DNA from: Acidimicrobiales bacterium
GTDB lineage: Bacteria; Actinomycetota; Acidimicrobiia; Acidimicrobiales; QHCF01
NCBI GenBank assembly: GCA_036806345.1
Contig: DAIROT010000004.1
Span: 1-53,496, forward strand
Reading direction: 5' to 3'
Length of the DNA: 53,496 nucleotides
A model generated the notes under the pieces. It did no database searches and was not told the origin of the DNA. It worked only from the letters and a program-made list of their open reading frames with translations. A program made the translations under genes and the position numbers. Numbering within the stretch: the first letter of the stretch is position 1; every line of letters starts with the position of its first letter. Positions 26,647 to 34,570 of this stretch are shown one piece after another.

Positions 26647-27680
26647 CAGCCGGCCGTCCCGAACGTGAGGAAATCGGCGTAGAACAGGCCCAGGCTCATG
26701 GCCGTGAACAGCCCGGCCAGGATCCAGAAGCGGATGATCACGGTGGTCTCCGGCCACCCCTTGAGCTCGAAGTGGTGGTGCAGGGGTGCCATCAGGAACA
26801 CCCGCCGGCCGAACAGGCGAAAGCTGGCCACCTGGATCACCACCGACAGGGTGACCAGCACGAACAGCCCACCGAGCAGGGGCAGCAACAGCTGCAGGTT
26901 CATCTCGAAGCACAGGGCGGCCAGGCCAGCCCCGATGGCCAGAGAACCGGTGTCACCCATGAAGATCCGGGCGGGGGCGGCGTTCCACCACAAGAACCCG
27001 GTGCACGCCCCGGTGAGGGCCACCGCCACCAGGGCCAGGTCCAGCCCATTGTGGACGTGGTAGATGCGGGGGTGGCGGAACACCCAGTAGCCGATCACGG
27101 CCAGGCAGCTGAAGATGATGGCGGCGGATCCGGCGGCCAGGCCGTCGAGGCCGTCGGTGAGGTTCACCGCGTTGGAGGCGCCGATGAGGGCCACCGCGGC
27201 CAGGATTCCCCAACCCGCGTAGTGGAGGTTGATCCCGGTGGAGCTGTAGCGGGTGAACGACAACATGGTGCTCACCCGCACCCAGTAAAGGCCCAGGAAG
27301 ACGAAGGTGAGGGCCAACAGGAGCTGGCCGCCCAGCTTGGCTCGGGTTGACAGGCCCAGGTTGCGCTGGTTGTGGACCTTGATCCAGTCGTCGATCAGTC
27401 CGACCAGGCCGGCCGCCGCCACCACCAGGATGACCAGGGCCCCCGAGCGGGTGAAGGGCGCCCCTATTCCCAGGTGACCGGCGATGTAGCCGATCACCAC
27501 CGCCCCCACGATGGTGATGCCGCCCATGGTCGGTGTGCCGGCCTTGGTGACATGGCCCTTGGGGCCGTCCTCCCGGATGTGCTGGCCGACGCCCCTCGCC
27601 GTGAGCCAGCGCATGAGGACAGGCGTACCCAGGCCGGTCAGCAACAGAGCCACCGCACCCGCAGTGAACAGGGCGATCAC
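26646..27680 (-). CDS. mraY: Phospho-N-acetylmuramoyl-pentapeptide transferase MraY
   Basis: ...HIREDGPKGHVTKAGTPTMGG..., DDWIKV, NAVNLTDGLDGLAAG, FMGDTGSLA. GTG start in a GTGA overlap with the murE stop. Confidence 0.95.
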   Translation of the reverse strand: MIALFTAGAVALLLTGLGTPVLMRWLTARGVGQHIREDGPKGHVTKAGTPTMGGITIVGAVVIGYIAGHLGIGAPFTRSGALVILVVAAAGLVGLIDDWIKVHNQRNLGLSTRAKLGGQLLLALTFVFLGLYWVRVSTMLSFTRYSSTGINLHYAGWGILAAVALIGASNAVNLTDGLDGLAAGSAAIIFSCLAVIGYWVFRHPRIYHVHNGLDLALVAVALTGACTGFLWWNAAPARIFMGDTGSLAIGAGLAALCFEMNLQLLLPLLGGLFVLVTLSVVIQVASFRLFGRRVFLMAPLHHHFELKGWPETTVIIRFWILAGLFTAMSLGLFYADFLTFGTAG

Positions 27681-29185
27681 TGCTGGCCTCCGTCGTCGTC
27701 GTCGTCGGCCGGCCGGTCTGGATGGCTGGCTGGGTGCTGAGGAGCGGGCGGGTATCGGCGCTGGAGGGCGGCCCGGGCCACCAATCGGTCGTCGAAGGGG
27801 GCCCGATGGCCGGCCACGTCCTGAGCGGTTTCATGTCCCTTTCCGGCCACGAGGACGACATCGCCCTCAGTGGCATCCTCCAGGGCCAGGGTGATGGCAG
27901 TGGCCCGGTCGGGCTCGGCCACCAACACCTCGGGACGGGCCGCTCCCCTGGCCACCTCGGCCATGATGGCCAAGGGGTCCTCGTGGCGAGGATTGTCCGA
28001 GGTGAGATAGGCCCGGTCAGCCAGCCGGGTGGCTACTTCGGCGAGGAGAGGCCTCTTGGTGCGATCACGGTCCCCCCCGGCGCCGAACACCACGATGACC
28101 CGGCCCGGGCCGCCGCTCCCGGCCGGTCGATTCCGACTCTGGATACCGAGCCGGGCCGCTTCCAGGGCCTGCTCCAGGGCGGCGGGCGTATGGGCATAGT
28201 CGACCAGCACGGTGAAGGGCTGGCCCGCTTCGACCACCTCCAGGCGCCCCGGGATGGACCGCACCGTCGACAGCCCGGCCGCCACCGCGTCCCCCGGTAC
28301 CCCGAGATAGCGGGCCATGGTGGCGGCGGCCAGGGCGTTGGTCAGGTTGAAGCGTCCGCCCAGGGCCAGACGCACCCGGTGGCTCCGGTCCCAGGTGAAG
28401 GTGGCGCTGGTGGGCCCCACGTCGGGGTCGCCGGCATCGCCCAGGCTGAACGCCTCCAGCGGTATCTGGGCCTGAGCGAGGAGGCATCGGCCCCAGTGGT
28501 CGTCGGCGTTGACGACGCCGGCCTCGGCCCGGGCCGGAGTGAAGAGGTCGGCCTTGGCCTCGAAATAGGCCTCCATGGTCCGGTGGTAGTCGAGATGATC
28601 CCGACTCAGATTGGTGAAGCAGGCCACCGCAAAGCGGATGCCGTCCACCCTGTGCTGGGCCAGGGCGTGGGACGACACCTCCATGGCCACTGCCCGGGTA
28701 CCGCGGTCGCGCAACTCGGCCAGCTGCCGCTGGAGGAGCGGCGACTCGGGGGTGGTGCGAGCCCCCTGCAGGGTACCGATCACCTCGGTGGGCCAGCCGT
28801 GGGCCTCCAGGATGGCTGACAAGAGGTGGGTGACCGTCGTCTTGCCGTTGGTCCCGGTCACCCCGGTCATCACCAGCGACGAGGCGGGATGGCCCCAGTA
28901 GGACGCGGCCACCCGGGCCATGGCTGGCCGGACCTGGCCCTGTGGCACCCGGGCCTGCACCACGTCCAGGGGCAGCATCCGCTCGCACAGCAGGGCAGTG
29001 GCCCCGGCCGATACCGCCCGCTCAGCCAGGTCGTGGCCGTCGACCCTGGTCCCTGGCAGGCAGCAGTGCAGTGACCCGGGGACGACGTCGCCGGTGTCGA
29101 AGGTGATGGCCCTCACGCCGACATCGGTCGGATCCCCCCGGATCTCCACCACGTCGACCCCTCCCAGCAGCTGGTCGAGCGGCAC
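27677..29185 (-). CDS. murE: UDP-MurNAc-L-Ala-D-Glu--2,6-diaminopimelate ligase MurE
   Basis: GVTGTNGKTT P-loop, DYAHTP, and the TSDNPR (DNPR) motif diagnostic of meso-DAP-adding MurE. The GTG start shares 1 nt with the ftsI stop. Confidence 0.9.
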   Translation of the reverse strand: MPLDQLLGGVDVVEIRGDPTDVGVRAITFDTGDVVPGSLHCCLPGTRVDGHDLAERAVSAGATALLCERMLPLDVVQARVPQGQVRPAMARVAASYWGHPASSLVMTGVTGTNGKTTVTHLLSAILEAHGWPTEVIGTLQGARTTPESPLLQRQLAELRDRGTRAVAMEVSSHALAQHRVDGIRFAVACFTNLSRDHLDYHRTMEAYFEAKADLFTPARAEAGVVNADDHWGRCLLAQAQIPLEAFSLGDAGDPDVGPTSATFTWDRSHRVRLALGGRFNLTNALAAATMARYLGVPGDAVAAGLSTVRSIPGRLEVVEAGQPFTVLVDYAHTPAALEQALEAARLGIQSRNRPAGSGGPGRVIVVFGAGGDRDRTKRPLLAEVATRLADRAYLTSDNPRHEDPLAIMAEVARGAARPEVLVAEPDRATAITLALEDATEGDVVLVAGKGHETAQDVAGHRAPFDDRLVARAALQRRYPPAPQHPASHPDRPADDDDDGGQQ

Positions 29186-31347
29186 TACGGTCTGCTCCGA
29201 ATCCCTGGTGACCGTCCGAGCGTAGTGCTCGTGGTCGACCCCCCGGTGCTGGGAGTCGAACCGGGAACCGACCTGGAGGCCGAAGCGGTGGTCCGTACCT
29301 GGGAGGCTGGGGTCCGCGACGCGGCCTTGGCCGTGGTGGCTCCCGTGCTGCTGGTGGTCGAGCCGGTGGGTGTGGTCGAGCCAGTGGTAGCTCCGGGGGT
29401 GACGGGGGGCGGGATGACCACCGGCACGGTGACTGGCCCGCTCCCGGGAGCCAGGTCAGGGGGGACGTGGAAGTGGCTCAGGGCGTACCGGCCGATCTCG
29501 GCAAATACCGGTGCCCCCACCGAGCCCCCGTAGATGGGAGTGGGCTGGTCCAACACGACGATGGCCGTCAGCGCTGGCCGCTGGGCCGGTATGAAGCCGA
29601 CGAAGCTGGCCATGTATGCACCTGGCTGGTAGCCAGGCTTTCCCGCGTACGGCTTCTGGGCGGTGCCGGTCTTCCCGGCCACCGCGTAGCCGGGGATGGC
29701 CGCCGCCTTGCCGGTGCCGTCAGCCCCCTGCACCACCTGTTCGAGCATGGGCTTGAGCTGGTTGGCCGTCCGGGCCGAGATCACCCGACGATTGGGTTGA
29801 GCCGGGACGGGATGCTCAGCTCCGCTGGCATCGACGGTGGCATCCACCAGACGGGGTGGGACCATCAATCCACCATTGGCCACCACGTTGTAGGCATCGA
29901 GCATCTGCACGGCGGTGACGGCCTCGTCCTGGCCGATGGGGACTGCGCCAATGGCCGTGCCCGACCAGTGGGCCGGCTTGTCGAGGAAGCCGGCCGACTC
30001 GCCTGGGAAGCCGAGGCCGGTGGGCCGCCCGAAGCCGAAATCCTGCAGGAAGTGGTTGATGCGCTCCTTGCCCAGCATCTTGGCGATGGTGATGGTCCCC
30101 ACGTTGGAGGAGCGAGCCAGGATGTCGCTCACCGACAGATCAGTCGTCGGGTGGGCTTCGGCGTCGTGGAAGGTGGCGTCGGCCACCTGGAGCTGGTCGG
30201 GCACCACCAGGCGCTGAGATGGGGTCACGACATGGTCCTGCAGAGCACCGCCGATGGTGGCGACCTTGGCCGTCGACCCCGGCTCGAAGACCTCGTTGAG
30301 GGCAAGGTTGGACGGGGCCGGGATCGGAGCCCCAGTGGGCTGATTGGGCGACCGAGCAAGGTTGGCCATGGCCAGGATGTCGCCATTGCGAGAGTCCATG
30401 ACCACGGCCATGCCGGCCTGGGCCTTGCTGGTCACCACCTCGTTGGAGAGGGCTTGGCGGACCTCGATCTGCAGGGGGGTGTCGAGGGTGAGCACCAACC
30501 CTCGGCCGGGCTGGGCCGCCTGATCGCTGACCACCCCACCGGGGATGTCCCTGCCGTTGGGATCGCGCTGGACCACCATCTGACCCGAGTGGCCGGCCAG
30601 TTGGCGATCGTACTGGTACTCGATACCGCCCTGGCCATGGCCTTCGGTCCCCACCTGGCCGAGTACCGGCACAGCCACATCGCCAGCCAGCAGCTCCCGC
30701 TTGGGCTCCTTCACGAAGCTGATCCCGGTCAGCGCCAGGGCCTTCACCGCGGCCGCGGTGGAATCGTCCACCTGGTGAGCCAGGTAGACGAAGCCCGAGC
30801 CCAGGCTCAGGTCGTGCTGCAAGGTAGCGACGCTCATCTTGAGCACCGGAGCCAAGGCCTTGGCCTCACCCAGCGGATCGTCGATCTGGTGGGGATCGGC
30901 GACCACCGTCTGAAGGGGAACCGACATGGCCAGGACACGACCGTCCCTGTCCAACAGGGGACCCCTCTGGGCTGGCAGGTTCACTGTGTGCAACAGCTCC
31001 GAGCGGCCGACCGCCGCATAGGCCTGATTGTGGAACACCTGGACCCAGGTGAGGCGGCCTATCACCAACACGAACGCTGTCCCCATGACGACCATGAGAG
31101 TGATCAGCCGCCGGGCGGCCTGGCGAGGGGTGGCAGGCGTGGACCTGTAGCTGGCCCTGGGCCTGGTGCCTGCCGCCGGACGGGGCCTGGTGCCTGCCGC
31201 CGGACGGGGCCTGGTGCCTGCCGCCGGACGCCGGCTGAGGCTGCGGCTGGCCGCCCGCCGGAGGGAAGGCCGAGGCACCGGGCCACGGGCGGCGCGGCGG
31301 CGGACCCAGGGGGCCACCCTGGGCGAAGGCCGGGGTGGGCCGGTCAC
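29185..31347 (-). CDS. ftsI: Class B penicillin-binding protein FtsI (septal transpeptidase)
   Basis: TM anchor (LITLMVVMGTAFVLVIG), PBP dimerisation domain, and transpeptidase motifs (STAK-like ...GSTAKV..., SSN, KTGT). The GTG at 31347 forms a GTGA overlap with the ftsL stop. The ORF-track extension to 31857 overlaps ftsL. Confidence 0.9.
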   Translation of the reverse strand: MTGPPRPSPRVAPWVRRRAARGPVPRPSLRRAASRSLSRRPAAGTRPRPAAGTRPRPAAGTRPRASYRSTPATPRQAARRLITLMVVMGTAFVLVIGRLTWVQVFHNQAYAAVGRSELLHTVNLPAQRGPLLDRDGRVLAMSVPLQTVVADPHQIDDPLGEAKALAPVLKMSVATLQHDLSLGSGFVYLAHQVDDSTAAAVKALALTGISFVKEPKRELLAGDVAVPVLGQVGTEGHGQGGIEYQYDRQLAGHSGQMVVQRDPNGRDIPGGVVSDQAAQPGRGLVLTLDTPLQIEVRQALSNEVVTSKAQAGMAVVMDSRNGDILAMANLARSPNQPTGAPIPAPSNLALNEVFEPGSTAKVATIGGALQDHVVTPSQRLVVPDQLQVADATFHDAEAHPTTDLSVSDILARSSNVGTITIAKMLGKERINHFLQDFGFGRPTGLGFPGESAGFLDKPAHWSGTAIGAVPIGQDEAVTAVQMLDAYNVVANGGLMVPPRLVDATVDASGAEHPVPAQPNRRVISARTANQLKPMLEQVVQGADGTGKAAAIPGYAVAGKTGTAQKPYAGKPGYQPGAYMASFVGFIPAQRPALTAIVVLDQPTPIYGGSVGAPVFAEIGRYALSHFHVPPDLAPGSGPVTVPVVIPPPVTPGATTGSTTPTGSTTSSTGATTAKAASRTPASQVRTTASASRSVPGSTPSTGGSTTSTTLGRSPGIRSRP
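31159..31230 (-). repeat. 24-bp perfect tandem repeat (3 copies) in the ftsI 5' end
   Basis: gggcctggtgcctgccgccggacg at 31159-31182, 31183-31206 and 31207-31230. It encodes (PAAGTRPR)3 in the cytoplasmic N-tail. Confidence 0.95.
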
Positions 31348-31820
31348 CGACGAGACGGGGCGGTGGTCCCAGTCCGGGCAGGCCCGGCGGTGGTCCCAGT
31401 CCGGGCAGTCTGGGACTTCGGGGACAGGTAGGTCACGCTGGCCGGGATCACCATGTGCAGGTGCTGCTGGGCGGTGGTCACTATTCGGGTGGGTGACTCC
31501 AGCTGGGCGGCCCGGAGCTCGAGGCGTTGGTGCGCCCCGACCTGGGCAGCCAGTTGGTGGTTCAGCCGATCCAGCCGAAGCTGGCTCTGCGCCAGCATGA
31601 CGTGAGCGGCAACCACCCCCAACAGAACCAGGCAGATGACACCCAGCCCGCCGACCAGCACCAACCTGGGCCGCTGAGCCAGGCGCGGCCGGCGCCGGTT
31701 GGGACTGTGCAGAACTCGGAGGGGTGCTCGGGACGGCTCCGGAGAGCGACGAGGCGCCGAGCGCCCCGTTGCCGGCTGACGCAGGGCTGGCCCGCCCCAC
31801 CGAGTCTCCGGCACGCTCAT
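31344..31820 (-). CDS. ftsL: Cell division protein FtsL-like (septum formation initiator)
   Basis: Arg-rich tail, a single TM (LVLVGGLGVICLVLLGVVAA), a coiled-coil segment and ...PTRIVTTAQQHLHMVIPASVTYL. The position between rsmH and ftsI fits. ATGA overlap with the rsmH stop. Confidence 0.7.
   Translation of the reverse strand: MSVPETRWGGPALRQPATGRSAPRRSPEPSRAPLRVLHSPNRRRPRLAQRPRLVLVGGLGVICLVLLGVVAAHVMLAQSQLRLDRLNHQLAAQVGAHQRLELRAAQLESPTRIVTTAQQHLHMVIPASVTYLSPKSQTARTGTTAGPARTGTTAPSRR
31358..31411 (-). repeat. 27-bp-period tandem duplication in the ftsL 3' end
   Basis: cggtggtcccagtccgggcag occurs at 31361-31381 and 31388-31408. It encodes ARTGTTAGP/ARTGTTAPS at the FtsL C-terminus. Confidence 0.9.
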
Positions 31821-32800
31821 GGCCGGCCCTCCCGATCTGTACCGGCCGGGTCTCCATGCTCCGGTACCAGGCGTTCCGCAGCTCTCAGGCGGGCACTGGC
31901 GGCGCGGGGATTGGCCGCCACCTCGGCGGCGGACGGACGCCGCGCCCCACGGTTGAGCAGGCGCACCCAAGGCTGGGCTCCACAAACACACGGCAGGCCC
32001 GGCGGGCAGGTGCAGCCCCCGGTGGCGGCCCGAGTGAGGCGCCCCTTCACCAGGCGGTCCTCGCCGGAGTGGTAGGACAGGACCACGCCGCGCCCACCCG
32101 GAGCCAGCAGCTCGATGGCGTCATCGAGGGCCGGCCCCAGGACCTCCAGCTCGGCATTGACTGCGATGCGGATGGCCTGGAACACCCGCTTGGCCGGGTG
32201 GCCGCCCTGGCGCCGGGTAGCGGCCGGGATGGCCGCCCGCACCACCTCCGCCAGTTGCCCGGTGGTGGCCAGGGGTCGGGCTGCCACGATGGCCCGGACG
32301 ATGCGCCGGGCAAAACGCCCCTCCCCGTTGGCTGCCAGCAGCCGGGCCAGCTCGTCGGTGTCCATGCTGTTGACCACGTCAGCTGCACTGGCGCCCCCGC
32401 CGGGGTCCATGCGCATATCGAGGGGGGCGTCGACCCGGTAGGAGAAGCCCCGCTCGGGCCGGTCCAACTGGGCGGAGCTGACCCCGAGGTCGAACAGGGC
32501 TCCAGACAGCGCACGTTCGCCCACTACTGTCTTCAATTGGCCAAAATTGGCCTGGTAGACCGCACCCCTCTCCCCCACTCCCGCCAGTGCCGACCGAGAG
32601 GCAGCCACAGCCTCTGGATCGGCATCCAGGCCCACCAGCGACAGATGGGGATGAGCGGCGAGGATGGCCGAGGCATGGCCACCCCCCCCAACAGTGGCGT
32701 CCAGCACCAGGCCAGGCGGTACGGGCCCGAACAACTCCACTACCTCGGCCAACATCACCGGGCGATGCTCAAAGCCCCGCTCCGATTTCACCTGGCTCAT
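31817..32800 (-). CDS. rsmH: 16S rRNA (cytosine1402-N4)-methyltransferase RsmH (MraW)
   Basis: HRPVMLAEV...DATVGGGGHA...DLGVSSAQLD motifs. ATG at 32800. The ORF-track extension to 33367 runs through mraZ. Confidence 0.92.
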   Translation of the reverse strand: MSQVKSERGFEHRPVMLAEVVELFGPVPPGLVLDATVGGGGHASAILAAHPHLSLVGLDADPEAVAASRSALAGVGERGAVYQANFGQLKTVVGERALSGALFDLGVSSAQLDRPERGFSYRVDAPLDMRMDPGGGASAADVVNSMDTDELARLLAANGEGRFARRIVRAIVAARPLATTGQLAEVVRAAIPAATRRQGGHPAKRVFQAIRIAVNAELEVLGPALDDAIELLAPGGRGVVLSYHSGEDRLVKGRLTRAATGGCTCPPGLPCVCGAQPWVRLLNRGARRPSAAEVAANPRAASARLRAAERLVPEHGDPAGTDREGRP

Positions 32801-32937
32801 CCGCAGCCCCCCGACCAGTGCTGTGCCGTCAGGTGGGATACCTGCCGGCGGCGACGGGAGTCGGCGGAGAGGGAAGTCCCCCATCGCCCCAGTCGAGGGG
32901 CTGCGCATGCGCCAGGTGATCATTGTTGTCGGTCGCC

Positions 32938-33351
32938 TCAGGCCTCGATGAGGCGACGGTCGTAGGGTTGCTCGAGATGCTCGCGCCAACGGACTGGCGG
33001 CCACAGCTCCACATGGTTGATGGCGCCAACGACGAGAACCTCGCCATCCAGGCGGGCGAACTCCCGCAGGCGGATCGGGATGGGCAGACGGCCCTGGCGG
33101 TCCACCTCCACCTCGTGGGTGCCGGCTGCCCGCACCCGAGCCAGGTCGCGCAGCTCGGGACTGGTGGCTGCCTGCGCCAGCAGTGTCTCCATCTCCTTCT
33201 CGAGCTCGGCTGGCTCCCACAGGGCCAGACAGCCACTGTCGAACTTGGAGAGGTAGCCCCCGGCCGCAAAGTGAGGGCGGAAGGCAACAGGCAGGATGAC
33301 TCGTCCCTTGACATCCAAGGAGTGCTCGAACTCCCCATAGAACCTGGCCAT
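32938..33351 (-). CDS. mraZ: Transcriptional regulator MraZ
   Basis: MARFYGEFEHSLDVKGRVILP... and a second ...VDRQGRLPIP SpoVT-AbrB repeat. It is the first gene of the dcw cluster. Confidence 0.92.
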   Translation of the reverse strand: MARFYGEFEHSLDVKGRVILPVAFRPHFAAGGYLSKFDSGCLALWEPAELEKEMETLLAQAATSPELRDLARVRAAGTHEVEVDRQGRLPIPIRLREFARLDGEVLVVGAINHVELWPPVRWREHLEQPYDRRLIEA

Positions 33352-33417
33352 CCTCGCTCACTCCCACCGCTCTCCCTCACGCGCGTCCGGACCCTCCCCT
33401 TCGCGCCACTGCCCGCC

Positions 33418-33446
33418 ACCTTACGCCCCTTCCCCCCACCCGTCAA
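33418..33446 (-). promoter_or_regulatory. Candidate housekeeping-sigma promoter of mraZ/dcw operon (TTGACG-N17-TAAGGT)
   Basis: On the minus strand, -35 TTGACG (33446-33441), a 17-nt spacer, and -10 TAAGGT (33423-18). It lies about 67 nt upstream of the mraZ ATG and is overlapped by GTGG(G) boxes. Confidence 0.5.
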
Positions 33447-33525
33447 TCCCCCACGTCCATTTCTTGCGCGTCGGCTGATGTGTCGAGGAGCGATTGCCGT
33501 GCCCGGCGACGGGTAGGACGCCAGT

Positions 33526-33849
33526 GTGTTGATCACGACCACCAACGACCTGCCTGGGTACGAGATCACCGAGGTGCTGGGGGAGGTGTTTGGACTCACC
33601 GTCCGATCGCGCAACATCGGCTCCCAGCTGGGCGCCGGGTTCAAGTCGCTGGTCGGCGGCGAGCTCAAGGGCATGACCCAGAACCTGGTTGACAGCCGGG
33701 AGGAGGTCATACAGCGCATGGTGGAGGAGGCTCAGACCACGGGGGCCAACGCGGTCCTGGCCTTTCGATTCGACACCTCCGACATGGGCGGCAACTGGAC
33801 CGAGATCTGCGCCTACGGGACCGCCGTCAGGGCCAGTCCTCGACCGTAG
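33526..33849 (+). CDS. ybjQ: YbjQ-family (UPF0145) protein
   Basis: LITTTNDLPGYEITEVLGEVFGLTVRSRN...GANAVLAFRFD signature. Divergent from mraZ. Confidence 0.85.
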   Translation: MLITTTNDLPGYEITEVLGEVFGLTVRSRNIGSQLGAGFKSLVGGELKGMTQNLVDSREEVIQRMVEEAQTTGANAVLAFRFDTSDMGGNWTEICAYGTAVRASPRP

Positions 33850-33874
33850 CCACCCCTCCCTGGCCCGAGCGCTC

Positions 33875-34570
33875 TCACACCAGGCGACGGAGGAAGGCGA
33901 GTTCGACTCTGCTCACCGTCAGCTCGGCGGGGCGATCCACCAACGCCCGCAGGCCGGTGGCCGCTCGGTTGAGGCAGGCGGCTGCCTCGATGCGCTGCTC
34001 GGGTTCGAGGGCCAGCAGGTCGAGCAGGTCGCCGGGCTCCCAGTCCAACAGGGCGGCACAGGAAAAGGTTGCCCCTTCGCGGGTCCGGCGCTGGGACAGG
34101 CCAACCACCTTCGCTGTTCCGGCCGTCACCTCGCCGGGCCCCAACCCGGCGAAGCACACCGTGGAAGACCAGCGAGTGGCGACCAGAGCCCCCCGGTGCA
34201 CCTCGACGGCCGCAATCCCCAGATCGGCCAGGGCCCGAGCCCAGACGTCCCCCAACCACCAGAACGCCCTACCCACATCCGCCTCCCAGAGGGGATCGTC
34301 CCGCTCGATGTGCACCTCGACCCAGACCAGTTGTCCGGGTGCGACCAGGACCGCTCCCCCACCGCTGCGTCGGCGGCCCACGTCGATGCCGGTGGCAGCT
34401 GTTCCGCCCAGAGCGGCGTCGCCCTGCGCTTGGGTGCTGCCCAGCACCAGGGCCGGACGGCTGACTCGGCACAAGGTGACCAACCTGGCCCCGCATGCCG
34501 CCGGGAGTGACTGGTGAAGGCGGGCGGCGTCGCCCGCTCGCCAACGCACGTCCCAGGCAGGGGCACTCAA
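33875..34570 (-). CDS. Biotin/lipoate A/B protein-ligase-family protein (LplA-like catalytic domain only)
   Basis: PALVLGSTQ...GIDVGRRRSGGGAVLVAPG...KVVGLSQRR pattern (RRxSGGGAV and KxxGxAQRR motifs of the BPL_LplA_LipB fold). TTG start in a TTGA overlap with the HNH gene stop. Confidence 0.6.
   Translation of the reverse strand: MSAPAWDVRWRAGDAARLHQSLPAACGARLVTLCRVSRPALVLGSTQAQGDAALGGTAATGIDVGRRRSGGGAVLVAPGQLVWVEVHIERDDPLWEADVGRAFWWLGDVWARALADLGIAAVEVHRGALVATRWSSTVCFAGLGPGEVTAGTAKVVGLSQRRTREGATFSCAALLDWEPGDLLDLLALEPEQRIEAAACLNRAATGLRALVDRPAELTVSRVELAFLRRLV

Noticed and set aside
21303-31411. Could the short tandem repeats be a CRISPR array or a mobile-element terminus?
   Set aside because: The units are directly adjacent with no spacers, 15-27 bp long, in frame inside or at the ends of coding regions, and unrelated to one another. 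No cas, transposase or integrase genes occur in the window.
29467-31431. 654-aa plus-strand ORF
   Set aside because: Antisense shadow of ftsI. No recognisable motifs and extreme Gly/His/Arg/Asp composition.
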